From contig NC_089433.1 of assembly GCF_026210795.1 (NCBI RefSeq), positions 5,084,001 through 5,148,000 on the forward strand: a stretch of 64,000 bases of DNA, given 5' to 3'. Below are positions 26,481 to 39,529 of this stretch, piece after piece. The translations under genes and the position numbers were made by a program. A model generated the notes under the pieces. It was not told the origin of the DNA. It ran no database searches and saw only the letters and a program-made list of their open reading frames with translations. Position 1 is the first letter of the stretch. Each line of letters opens with the position of its first letter. The DNA is from Rhizophagus irregularis (taxonomy: Eukaryota).

Positions 26481-26912
26481 ATTACAATTATTAATATTAG
26501 TTGCATTTATATGAATTTGATTTTAATAATATTTTACTAAATTATTAAATCAAATATAAAAATAAAAAAAATCCTTAGTATCCACAAGTCGAACGATGTC
26601 AAATTGGGAACCAATCAGGTGACCAAATTCCACCCGATTGGTTCCTATTTTTTTAAAAATTTTTATCAATCGGTAAACCTGATTGCTGCTAAAGATGGCG
26701 CAAAGGAAGATACTCGGGTACCAATCAGGATATTCAATAGAAAACAATCAGGTATTAATAGTTACCAATAAGATATTTACTATTTGACATATCAGTATAC
26801 CGATTGATAACTTTTTAATTAAATGTCAGTGTACTGATTGATTACTTTTCGATTAATTTATAACAATGCATTTTTATTTTAAAATTATTTAGAATTTACA
26901 TTAAAATATTAA

Positions 26913-27754
26913 AATTATCGCTGTTTTCAAATTAGTGTGACCCCACATGTCACCCCTAAGGAAATCGATTTCCAAAAATTTGTGAAAACCTGGAATTTTC
27001 CTGAATTAGGGATCGGAAAAGATTCGATTAAAATCGAAACTATCGAAAATCGATAAGAATCGATTTTAAATCGAATCTCGAATAAAAATCGAATCTACTT
27101 ATTGTGGCGCAGTTTCGTTAATTTGACCGTAAATTATTATTTGTTCATAATAGTTAATTTTGGCCAAATTCATAATTCCGCCTGCGAATCACGTGACGGA
27201 ACACAAACTTCCTAAAAAGGAAATTTTATCTCCCAATAAAATTCAAGTTGCTATCGCACAAGGTTGTACAAATTTCCAAAAAAGGAAAATTTGTTCGTCG
27301 ATCACTGTAATTTTGTAATCACGTGATATGTGTTTAAACACACCTATTATAAATAGTATAAAAAAAAATCGGTATTTGCGAAATGATTAATCGCGATTAA
27401 TCGATTTTAGAATCGATTCTAATAATGGGAATCGATTCCAATCCCTATCCTGAATAACTACGTAGGAAAGGATCAATTATTAGCGATTTCCAGGGGAAAT
27501 CTTGCAAAATTCTCAGTTGTAAAGGTAGTTTGCTTATAAAAAAGTGTTTACATTACACAAAGTTTTATCACTCACTTATAAGCAAACTATTTGAATAATT
27601 GAAAATTTCCTGAGATTTCCTCCAGAAATCACTAGCAATCAGACCTTTTCTACAAAGTTATTCAGAAAAATTCTGGGGTTTCCACATTTGCGAAAACCAA
27701 TTTCCTTAGGGGTGACATGCAGGAGGTCGCACTAATTTGAAAATAGCGATAATT
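26913..27754. mobile_element. Foldback/MITE with long TIRs, interrupted by a nested hAT-like MITE
   Basis: aattatcgctgttttcaaattagtgtgacc..catgtcacccctaaggaaat is inverted at atttccttaggggtgacatg..ggtcgcactaatttgaaaatagcgataatt. The inverted similarity continues inward after the nested element. Confidence 0.85.
27007..27447. mobile_element. hAT-like MITE (441 bp)
   Basis: TIR TAGGGATCGGAA / TTCCAATCCCTA; perfect 8-bp TSD tcctgaat (26999-27006 and 27448-27455); subterminal AATCGA repeats. Confidence 0.93.
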
Positions 27755-27819
27755 ACAAAATCAGTACATTATTTAATAATTCCATATATAAATTACTAAT
27801 ATTATCATATTCTTATACT

Positions 27820-28790
27820 TTCAAAACTTTTCTAGGATCTGGTAAAAAAAGTTTCAAAATGAAACTTTTCAAAACTCACTGATCCAAATCCAAGTCTAAG
27901 ATCGGAGACAATGGTATCTAAAAAAAAACAAAAAAAAAATAAATATTTTTTTAATTAAAAAAAAAGTTCTGAAGCAAAACTTTTCAAAACTTACTGTTAC
28001 CGATCCAATTCTAAAAATCGGAATCAATAGCTGATAGTGCCTAAAAAAACAGAAAAAAAAATTAAATAGTATTTTTTTTAAATATTAAAAAAAAGGTTCA
28101 AAACGAAACTTTTCAAAATTTACCGTTACTAATTCAAATCCAAGGGAACTGATAGTACCTAAAAAACAAAGAAAAAAAAAGTTAAAAAATATTTAAAAAA
28201 GTTTTGAAGCTAAGCTCTTCAAAACTTACCATTACCGATCTAAAGTTCAAATTCAAAGATCAGAGCTGATGTACCTAAAAAACAAAGAAAATAAAATTAA
28301 ATATATTATTTTTTAAAAAAAAATAAAGTTTCAAAAGTTAAGCTTACTGATCCAAAATTCATATTAAAGTCCAGGATCGTTCCTAAAAAAATTTGAAAAT
28401 GGAACGTTAGTAATGCCTACTAATGTTTCTAATTTAAAAAAATCCTGCCCTTCTTTATTTACCTTCTAAAATGTTTTGTCAGTTTTGAAGCGTCTTAAGA
28501 GTCCTACAATAAAAAAAAAAGTAATGGAACATTAGTAATATCAACTAATGTTCCTAATTTTAAAAAACACCCTCCCCCTCCTTTATTTACCTTTCAAAAT
28601 GTTTCATCAATTTCAAAGCGTCTTGAGGGTTGCTACAATAAAAAAAAGAATTGGAACATTAGTAATGTCTACTAATGTTCCTAATTTAAAAAAAAATCCC
28701 CTTCCCTTCTTTAATTACCTTCTGAGACGTTCTGTTAGTTCTGTGTCTGAAAGGTTAATAAAAAAAAATCTTTTTTTTTTTATAAAAAAA
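27820..28790 (-). other. Tandem array of micro-exon + intron units, apparently non-coding
   Basis: About 8 units of 110-135 bp. On the minus strand each reads polypyrimidine-(T/G)TAG | 35-55 nt | GTAAGT/GTGAGT/GTAAAT, and several have a TACTAA branch motif. Confidence 0.6.
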
Positions 28791-28826
28791 AAGATCATGA
28801 TCTGATAATCTGTTATTCATCAGACT

Positions 28827-30143
28827 AGGATCTCAGAAAATGCTTATATATGTAAGGTACCAAGGTGCTTAGCCAACATAGTAAAGTTTTATGATGTAAG
28901 AATTTTATAATGCTTAATTTTAAGAAAATTTTATACTATGTAAGATAATTAAATTGCATATTTTTGGTATTATTTTAAAATACTAAGAGTTTTTAGTTGC
29001 TTATTTTTCATATTTATATAACTTTTTAAAATATTATATATTGAATTTATAATTAATTTTTATTTTATTTTCACTAACGGTAAGTGTTAATTTTGTACTA
29101 CATTTCACAATTTTATATAAATACATAAACAAAAATTTTTTTTTGATGAAATTTCATTTTTTTTTTCAATGTTTTATTAATTATCTGTCAATAGTATCTT
29201 TTTAATTTTTATTAAACTCGTATTATTTTTAATATAAAATTACTATATTATACATGTTTATTTTGTTAGATAAAATTACTATCATAAATATGTTTTACTT
29301 TAAAATATAATTTCACTACTCACCACTTTGGTTATATCAAATTATCTTTTATGCTTAAGTAAGTTTGTTCAGCAAGTTAAATCTACTTGTATTTTAATTT
29401 TCATATGGCTAAATATGATATTTATATAGAAAAGCATATTTTTTTTAACGGTAATAACATTTAAATTTTTCACTTTTTCGTTTATAATTTCAGAGCGTAA
29501 TTACACCACTTCAGTCAAATGAATTCAACTTTCTAAATTAATTGAAGTTGTTCAGCAAGGTCGAAACTACTTATATATTAATTTTCATGAGTGTGGGTAT
29601 AATACTTATGGAAAAAAGTGCATTTTTCATAACGGTACTAACTTCTGAATTTTTCATTTCTTTGTTTACAACTTCAGAGCGTAATTACACCTCTTTGGTC
29701 AAATGAAATCGACTTTCTAAATTAATTGATAATTGTTCAGCAAGGTCGAAACTACCACATATTAATTTTTATGGGTGTAAGTATAATACTTATGGAGAAA
29801 GTTACATTTTTTGTAATAGTATTAATTTCGAATTTTTCTTTTATTGTTTATTAACATTATTAATTGAATATTGTTAATCTACTTGTATATTATGTTTAGT
29901 TTAGCTTCACAACATATTTAAAATTGGATTTAATAAAATATATTAATTAATAAATATATTTTATAAATTATATGTGTTATAATAAAAATTCAATTAGGTT
30001 AGAAGATTGATTTGCTTATTTTTATATAATTTTTAAAGTTAGATATCAACAATGCTTAGCGATCATAGTAAAAACCTATGCTTAGAGCTACTAATAAAAA
30101 TATTTTTGGGACCTTACCTATATAAGTATTTTCCGGGGGTCCT
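28827..30143. mobile_element. Non-autonomous TIR element (AGGA-ended family), 1.3 kb
   Basis: About 35-bp imperfect TIR aggatctcagaaaatgcttatatatgtaaggtacc / gggaccttacctatataagtattttccgggggtcct; degenerate 8-bp flanks atcagact / atacgact. Confidence 0.7.
29290..29830 (+). repeat. About 180-bp tandem repeat, 3 copies, inside the TIR element
   Basis: ttgttcagcaag..aaactac/aatctac recurs at about 29365, 29548 and 29733. Confidence 0.8.
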
Positions 30144-30309
30144 ATACGACTTATCGGATCATGTGATCTATCTGATACAATAAGAAAAAACTACACTATT
30201 CATGGAAAATATAAATAATTCAGTAAATTCCATGATATAAGGTAAAATTAAAAAATCAGAACAAATGTTCTGATAAATTTTTGCATACACATACAGATAT
30301 GCAATTAAA

Positions 30310-31005
30310 GTTTCAAAGTTAAAACTTTGGAATTCTAGTATCCAAATCGGAACCGATTTTTCTACAAAAAGAGAAAAAAATATTAAAAAATGTTTTTTTT
30401 TTAAATTTTGTAGTTTTGAAGTAACAAAGTAACAAAACTTCGAAACATCAGGATTCTGGTATCCAAATCGGAACTGATTTTCCTAAAAAAAAAGAAAAAA
30501 AATGGTATTTAAAGCGCGTTAAAATAACGTTTTTTTAATAGTTTTGAAAAAATTATTTGAAACTAACCTATGGGACTCAGTACCCAAGTCAGAACTGATT
30601 TCCTACAAAAGAAATAAAAAAACGTTAAATAATGTTTTTTTTAATAGTTTCAAAAAAATTATTCAAAACTAACCTATGGGATTCGGTATCCAAGTCGGAA
30701 CTGATTCCCTACAAAAGAAATAAAAAAAATGTTAAAGTAACGTTTTTTTTAAAAAACATTTCAAAGTTTTAAAAAAAAAACTTTGAAACTTTGGGATTCC
30801 GGTTTCCAACTTTGGAACCGATTTTCCTATAATAAAATAAAAAAAGAAAAGTTTCAAATTGAAACTTTCTTTTTGGGATCGGTTTCCAACTTCAGAACCA
30901 TTTTCCTACAATAAAATAAAAAAAATGTTTATTAACATTTTTTTAATAGTTTCGAAAAAAAAATTTTGAAACTAACCTATGGGATTTGGTATTCAACTTG
31001 GAGCC
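30310..31005 (-). repeat. About 120-bp tandem micro-exon/intron-like units (about 6-7 copies)
   Basis: Repeated ggattc(t/c)ggtatccaa(a/g)tcggaac(t/c)gatttt-cctacaaaa. The minus strand reads ttaac..ttttcttttgtag | exon | gttagt. Confidence 0.75.
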
Positions 31006-31007
31006 GA

Positions 31008-34000
31008 CACATGATTTCTTTTTCTTGAATCTTTAATTGAACGTCTGAAATTTATTAAAAATTTCATTACTTTATATGCATTAGATATTTTCATTGGGTT
31101 GACTTGACTTTTAGTTAATTTGATTTTTTCTATTGGAATACAATTTTTACTAGCTTGAATAAGACCTTTTTTGATCTTATTCCATATATGATTAATATTA
31201 TTTTTATTGTTAAAATTAAATTTTAAAATTTCTGAATTTGAAATGTATTTATTAAGATCATTCTGAAATAATTCCCATTGCTCTCCATCCATTTTATCAT
31301 ACTTATAAACTTCTTTAAATCCTTCCTTCCGTTTGATATTAGCAATATTTCCAATCAAATCTTCTGACCATATTGAATACACTAACATTCTATGATCAGT
31401 ATTAATTGTTGTTGTATTAATAATTTTGCATTCTTGTGTTTCTGAAAATAAATTTTCTGTTACCCAAATGTAATCTATTCTAGAAGGATTTTGATTTGTA
31501 TTAAAAGGATAGAAAGTATTTAAGGAATGTTGTGATAAATTATCGAACATGATATATAAAGGATCATAAAAATTTTGTTCATTTTCAATCCATTCAAAAT
31601 GTTTATGTTCTTTTTTCATTTTACGATTATTACAGATATTTTTCATAATGAAGATTAAAATTACCAAGAAGAATAATTTCTGCATTTTGTGCTTTACTTT
31701 CTCTAACCAATTCTTTGATTTTATCAAAATAAATTTTAACTTCTTGATTAAAATTGTTTAAAGTAACTCGTCCAGATTTTCCATAATAATTAATGATTCT
31801 CATTTTTTTATTTCCACTAAAAATAAAATCAACATATATAATTCTTTCTTTGAAGCTATTATAATTGACTATATGCCATGCATAATTTTTCTTAATAATA
31901 AGACCTATACCATTTCCCCTATAATTAGTTTCCTCATTTGCAAAATAAGTAACATAATTATTTCTATAAAAATTAAAAGAATGTTTTGCCATTTTGTTCG
32001 ATATATTAGTTTCTGATAGACCCAAAATAGTTATATTATATTCACCTAATATATCAATTAAGAATTGTTTTTTAACATCAGTTATACCTTTAATATTCAA
32101 TGAAGCTATTTTAATTATATCTGATAAATTGAGTTGTTGACGTGTTTTCGAACGATAAATTTGTTGATTATTTAAATTTGAACGTGATTTTTGATTAACA
32201 GGGGAAGGATTATTATAATGTTTTTTCTTAAAAGAATGTGTTTTTTTATTGTTCATCATTAAAGATAATATTTAAAGGAGTATTTAATCCTCATGGGATT
32301 CATTATTGTCAATAATTTTATCCCCTTGAAAATTATTAACGTCATTATTATTGTCAGAAGTAAAATATTCCATAATTTTTGAGATATTTTTACTCATAGT
32401 TGATAAAGCATCACCGAATCTATTAATTTCATTATTTTCAGTTGTTTGTTTAAACTATTTTCTATATCTGAAGATCCTGAGGCTTCAAGTTGTTCATTAT
32501 CAACTCTTGATCTTTTATTATTCTCATTTTGTAAGGCGATTATACTTCTATCTTGATTGACTTTAATATTTTTTCCTGAACTTGTTGTAGACTTGTTTTC
32601 TTTATATTTATAAAATTCAGATTTAATACGATAGTTTTCTTGTTGGATTTTTTTGAAATCATTAGCTAATTTATTCAAATTCTCATTAAGTTGTTTAATT
32701 TGCGTGAAAATTCCTGATCATGTGACTTTTCATTAACGTTATTATTTCTATCACGTGAAATATTTTTATTCCAATATCTATTAATATTTCCATTATTATA
32801 TTTAGAATAATTATTTGAATTATTACTTTGCTGACATTTTTCAAATGAATTTTGTTTTGTTACATTTGCATAACTGCCTTTTTTAAACTTCTTGTTATTT
32901 TCTTGACGAAACTCCTTAAGCTTTTGCTTTCTATTCATTACACGTGGTTTAGCAGATAGTTCAATATCACACTTACTAATTAAATGATCAAAGGAACTAC
33001 ATCTATAGCATGATTTTTCACCTGGAGTTCCCCAATGAAGCGTTCTATTACAAAAAATAATATTTCTTTCTGCTGCAATACCTATATCTTCATCATTTTC
33101 ATAATAAACTATTGCATAATTCAATGGTTTATTATTATTTGGATTACGTGGTATAAAAATATACTTAGGATTGTTAACTTCTAAAGCTTCATGTATATCA
33201 TAAGCAGTTGAATTCCATGGTAATCCAGTTAATTTAACTGTATACATTGATCTTTTTTCTATTTCATCTTCTGACAAAATTTTTGGCACAATAAGTACTT
33301 GATGTTTTCCAATCCATTCTGACCATATGCCTTTGTAAAATTTTTGTAGACTTTCTTCTTTTTTATATGTAATGAAAGCTTGAATATATAAATTTCTAAT
33401 TTTGGTATAAAAGCCATTTTCTTCTATTTCACCATATTTGTTAAATACAGCTCTAATTTGATAATTAGGAATTTCAATTGGAATATTTATAACTTTAATC
33501 GTTCTGCAATTTCTATCTTTAATTTCTTCTTCAGTAAAAACTTTTTTAGTTTTTTGATATGGTGTAAATTTTATTATTTCCTTAACCTTACTATTAGTAC
33601 TTGATTCTGCATCTTCACCATTTTCATGTAACTGTTCATCATCGATAATATCAATTTCTAGATTAATAATTTTATCATAATCATTTTTCATGATTGGTAA
33701 AATGATAAATTCAGGTTCTTTCTTATTTAAGATAACTCCTCCGGCCAGAGTAACATTAATTCCAGCTAGTTGTTTTCTCAAATTAAACTTTTTTTGAATA
33801 ATATTGTTTCCTGGAATAGAATCTTTTTTGATTTTAACTAAAATAGGTTTAGCCTTATTAAAAATTTCTGAATGATTATCACTAATTATGTCATTAGTAT
33901 CACCATTTTTCTGATTATCCTTATTAAAAGATTGATCATTTGTTTGATTATCAATTTTTCCATTGTCAACGATCATTTCATCATTTTTTTCACCATCAAT

Positions 34001-34535
34001 TGGTGCATCTGGATTTTCTGGTATTACTTGATTATCTGTATTGGATTTTGCTGCGCTACTGCTTTCAGATGAAGGAGCAAAAGTATCTTGACTAATATCC
34101 ATATCATCAGTAGTTTTTTCAGTAGATTTATGTTGCCTAAAAGACAAACGAGGTTGTTTTTTCTGTTGTTTTTGTTCAACTTGTTTTTCTTTATCTTTTC
34201 TTTTAGTTTTACGAGAACTTGCAGGTTGCCAATCCTGAATAATAGGATTGATATTGAAGACTGGTTTATGTATCAAGTCTTGAAGAGTTTGCTGTTGTCC
34301 TGTTTTGTTAACTTCTTTATCTTGTTGCTGTCTTGTACTTGACCAAGTAGCGTGGACCCTAGGTTGCGACCCTGACATCTCGAACAAGTTAAAACCTAAT
34401 AAACTTACTCTTAAAATTGAACTTTTTTCTTTAAAAATTCTGCAGTAAAAATGGTCTTGAATACAAAGAAGAAGAAGTTTTGTCTTTTATTAATAGCTAT
34501 ATAGCTATAGTATAAGATTCAATTACGAAGTTCAC
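31008..34535 (-). mobile_element. LINE 5' half: ORF1 (RRM-like domains + zinc knuckle) and ORF2 endonuclease; truncated before RT
   Basis: ORF1 32675-34387 has RRM-like segments (TIKVINIP..FNKYGEI..QAFITY; TVKLTGLP..YAIVYY) and CYRCSSFDHLISKC. ORF2 from 32259 has LNIKG, LSETN, LLGNFN, SRIDYIW and TDH, with a frameshift near 31630. It ends abruptly at about 31008. Confidence 0.9.
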
Positions 34536-34539
34536 ATGG

Positions 34540-36148
34540 TGCATTCCCAAAAAGATGAAAATCTGCATGAAGATTAGAGGACAAACTACAAATTAAGCGA
34601 AAAAGTGAATAAATAAGGAAGGTCATGCAGGATGATCACCACTTCAAAATCATACTATCGCCAACAAAAAATGTATCATAATGAAAGTATGAGGAAAAGT
34701 CTAAAAAGGGCAAGAAGGTTAAAAAAAATAAGAAGAAAAAACACAATCTGAAGATTTTGATTCTGATGTGCTTACAGATGTAAGCACTAGTGAAATAATG
34801 AGAAATACTGATGATGATAATGATCAATTGGGTGTTAATCAAGATGTAATTATAAATCAGTTGATTGCAGATGCCTCTGAATCACAATCACATGTTGATC
34901 AACATATTGATATGGAAATCTCAACAGTACAACCTATTTCTGAACTGGATGTAACGCCTCAGCTGCAGCTTGTAAAACAACCAGTTGACAATTCATCTAA
35001 TTTGACAAAATCTTCAAATAAAAAAAAGAAGTCAAATAAAAATATTATTCAACAAGTTATTACAGGTCATAAACCAGATGATGATGGTACATCACGGATT
35101 AGAGATATATTGCGATTGGTTTATGATATTCCAGTATCCTTGACACCAGAAGAAATTCTGCAACAGTTAACTCTGTGGGAAAGACTATTTCATTACAAAC
35201 AAAACAACAAAAGAAATACCAGACAGTTCATTTGAAGATAGAATTAACTTCCTTTCGTCTAGCCCAGTTCGAAGGTAATGATGGTCCAGTTTGAACTACG
35301 GTTTTAGGGGGGATACCAGTTCGGTGGTTTCCAGCAAGGTGCACACTCAAAGAAAGAAAACAATGTGAGAAGTTTCAAGCTACAATTCAAAAAATTCCAG
35401 ATTTGATGACAGTAGCAACCTTATGGAAAGACCATCACCCACATTCATTCCTTACTGCGATTAATGGTTTGAAAAGCTTTAAAATTGTACAGATAGCAAA
35501 AGGGATCGTAAGCTTATTGGTTATTTTGAAAAGTGGATTGATATGCATACAGCATTAGATAATCAATATAATTGGGAGCAACAGCACCTGTCTTAGAATT
35601 GACATGATCCTCCAATGCAACGAACAAGGTCATTTGGCAATAATGCCAACAAGGATCAGAAAAGAACTTCAGGAAGTTGACAGACTGATAAAAGTCAAAA
35701 GAATTCTAAGAATTCTAAAAAGAAACCACAAGAGACAAAATCTGAGAAGCATAAAAAGCAGAAGAAAGATAAGTCCCATAAAACATCATGATCTAAGGTC
35801 TTAGCAGAAATTTTAGATGTTTTACGTGAATTAATTTAGGATATACTAGATTTTTTTAGGTTTTAGAATTGTTTTATGTTTTAGTTTTATTTTTTTTTTT
35901 ATAGAGAAATATCTTTGAGCTAGTCACCAAAGGATGTATGAATACTGGTAGGATATTTTATGCATGTGAAAGTATTTGAGCAGGCATAATGGTAGATAGT
36001 TCTTTTGAACACATATTCTTAAGTCACCAAGTTTTTTATTAGTTTTTATTCGATCTTGTATTTAAACTAGATTAGTTCAATTTTGTATATTTTTCTTTTA
36101 TAATAAATTTTTCCTTTGTTAAAAAAAACAAAAACAAAAACAAAAAAA
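34540..36148 (+). mobile_element. Decayed ORF1-like retroelement with 3' UTR and polyA tail, no ORF2
   Basis: Intronless broken ORF (IRDIL..VYDIPVSLTPEEILQQLTLW; GGIPVRWFPA..TLKERKQ.EKFQA) with a K-rich C-terminus ending near 35840. It is followed by a T-rich UTR, AATAAA near 36102 and an A-rich tail at 36121-36148. Confidence 0.6.
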
Positions 36149-39100
36149 TGTATTATAACAAAACAATAAACAATCACGTGATCTCATGTTATGATACAAG
36201 ATTTTTGTAAAATTATTTTCTAAAAACATTAAGTTTAAAAATCCCGTATACATTCCGTATGATTAATTTTTTCCGTATACATTTCGTATACATTAACTTT
36301 TTTTAAAAATGTTCAAAAATGAATTGCTTATTAAATATACGGAATTTTTATATGGAATCTATAGAAATGTACATAAAGTGTATACAAAACGTATCCTTTC
36401 CGTATACATATTTCTTATAGGGCTATATTTCTCGACATTTTGTATAATAGTTTTAATTTATTTTTTTCGTAAAAAATTGGTACAAAAGATCATCAGAAGC
36501 ATTACCTGGTCCTTTAATATCATTTACTAATTAGTTCACTAATTTACTTTATTTAAAAATTCTTTCTTTCTTGATTTTTCGTTTTATTATTATTTTATTT
36601 TCGTCTTTTGAACTTGGAAATATGTATTTTATCTACTAACAACAAAATATTTTTTCTGCACTAGTGGCAGTGATTTATGCAGTAACTATTATTATACAAT
36701 AATTATACAATAAGTTAGAATGCACTTACTGATCAATTATGATGACTGCGTATGAAACTTTGGAGTGAAAATGAATTGGTAGTCCGTTATTTTGCAAATA
36801 ACTGTAATAAATTTGTTGAAATTTTTTTTGTTTTACAGGCAGATAAACGAATTAAAAATTTTAAGTCATATTACAAATCCTAAAGAATTGGAATAGAAGG
36901 ATAATATTACCCATCCAGCAGAAATTAGGAAAACATATTAAACAAGTCCTAAATCCAAAAGAAATATTATCAATTGATTTTCCAAATAATTTGCAATTCT
37001 TTCTATAAATATATATTGCATCGTAGTATCAACGTGGTCATAATAATTATTAGATTCCAAGAAGAAAATTTTTAACTTGTTAACTACTCATTTCAATATA
37101 AGAAATATATGATTAAATCCCGCCTTTATTCCAAAAAAAAAAAAAAAAAATGAATTTTTATGCCGATCATTTAATTCCGTCTGGCCAGCTTTGTCATTCA
37201 TCGATCAAATCATTTCTAATTTTGTTCATTGTTTCCCTTTTTGTAAAAATATTTATATTAAAATATATATTGCTATCCGCTATACTTTTAATGATATAAT
37301 TTGTGGTAGAATATATTTTTCCACAATTATTACATTTTTATTAAAGGATAGTAGGTTTTAATTAAGATCAAATTAATTTCATTTATTCCATATTTTAGTA
37401 AGATACAATAACAGACAAATGATTCATGCTTTGTGTTACATATTAGGAAATGTTAAAATCTGACACATCAGGAAATCATTCTAAAAAGGAAATGACGCTT
37501 AGCAGAATTTATACACTCTCCGTAAAATAACTTAATTGGATTAGATCAGTATAGAAACTTCTATAGAATTCTATAAAATATATATATATATAAATATAAA
37601 AGAATTATTTTTATTTTCCATTAAGAAGGTCTAAAAATAAATTTCGTTTGTTTACTTCTATACCAATATAGCAATGTAGCATTATCAATTCTATGAGGAA
37701 ATTGTTCTTAGAAATTTATTCTACACAGAAAATCTTGGTATAACATGAATAAATTATAAATAATTGGAAAAAAAAACTTTATTCTGTAAACTTTAAGTAT
37801 TTTCTTTTCAAAACAATGTATAATTAATTCCTTATCAATTTCTTATTAATAATAGCTTTCTTACCTCTGTTATCATTGGAGAAGACATTTTCATAGAAAC
37901 ATTAAATCACATAAGTGATCAATCGTATTTTACAACTTTGACTCAAACCACCCTCATTTAAAAATAAAATATATATTGTAGTGATAATGTTAATATTCTA
38001 TAGACGGTTTAATTTCTTTAAAATTTATTTGTTAATCCATACATTCGTTCTTTTCCGTTATACACTTATACTTCATATTATTCAATCACGTTACCATGGG
38101 ATTATGAGACTTTTACCACGTTATCCTTTTTTTCAATTTTTTCTTGCTTGGAATAGATACCATTAAAATATATAATATTAGGATTTGGAATTAGATTTTA
38201 TTATTCAAGTAGTGACTTATTTAATCGATTATTTTGTTTTTATTTTTCATTTACTTATTTCGTTTCATTTCAATTTATTTTTATTTTATTTTAATTTATT
38301 TTTTTTTGGCTCAAAATATTTTTTTACCATGTATTAAATTACTTAACGTTAAATTTCTTTTTACTTTTCTTATTTTACTATTACTACCTTATCCAGTGAT
38401 TTTTTGAATTCCTCCACGATCTTATTAATTATCATAGTTGTCAAAGGACGTAATAATAAAGAATTCAGATTATATTTAATAACCTTAAATTTTAGATCGA
38501 ATTATTTTAAAATACTTTATCTTCTAAAAGATTTAATATTTCACCTTTGATGTTTGAAGTTCTTATAAAGCCATTATATTATATTTTTAATTATTATCTG
38601 TCTAATACAGTATGAATAGATATAATACCTTTTATTGAAAGTAAATAGTCTTTTTTGATGCTGCAATTGATGAGCTTAATTTACTATAACTTGGCGTAGT
38701 TTTCTTCAGAGTGGAAAACAAATACTTCAAATAGCAAATTACACCTTACCATTTAAAAGATTTAATAATTTTGGGATTGATAAATTTCATAAATATAAAA
38801 CATGTATTTTGAAAAACTGATTTTCACACGTGTCTTTTTTCATCACTCCTTATATTTATTTGAGGTACAAAATCTATTCATCACGCACTAACTGTGCCAT
38901 ACTTAATTTCAATCAAATTACGTACATAATGCCGGCCATTTCGTGACATTTTTTATGCTTGCAGTTTGGCTGCGCCATGCTACTTTATTATAAAAAGTTT
39001 ATTTACGCTATAAAAATGCTGTTAGTATGTATTTAAACAACAAATATTTGTAATTATACGCGCTACCTAATAACCACATTTTGTTAAATAAACTCAATTT

Positions 39101-39273
39101 GATCAGGACCCAGAAATATATATATAGGGGTTTACTATAAGCTGTACGCATTTTTTCAGGGCCGGAATTATGATAATGCCAGTTGGTTACTATAATAGGA
39201 AATAAAGTCTGACTGGCATTATCAAAAATTATCTAAAAAAAGAAAGATTTTCATGACTTTTTTAGTTCAAAAT

Positions 39274-39485
39274 AGGACCCCGAAATATACATAAAAGGAT
39301 CAGGTCAGAGTTTGCGTATAATGAGTCAAAAAATCATGTAGATCATTCCTTTTATGGATAATCCCAGCCAAAATAATATTTCCTAATTTAGATAATGGCT
39401 GAAATTATCGTAATTCCGGCCCTGAAAGAATGTGTATTTTGGACCACTTCTGGACCTGACCTCTACATATATATTTCGGGGTCCT
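39274..39485. mobile_element. 212-bp MITE (AGGAC-ended family) inserted into an older copy of the same family (about 39105-39511)
   Basis: TIR AGGACCCCGAAATATA / TATATTTCGGGGTCCT; perfect 8-bp TSD ttcaaaat (39266-39273 and 39486-39493). The host copy starts aggacccagaaatata at 39105 in the opposite orientation. Confidence 0.88.
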
Positions 39486-39529
39486 TTCAAAATACGCCAA
39501 CTCAAACCTGAAACCTATGGCAAGCCGAG

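Noticed and set aside
26580..26860. Possible CACTA-like transposon end with ccgattg/caatcgg repeats
   Set aside because: No partner TIR or TSD was found in the window.
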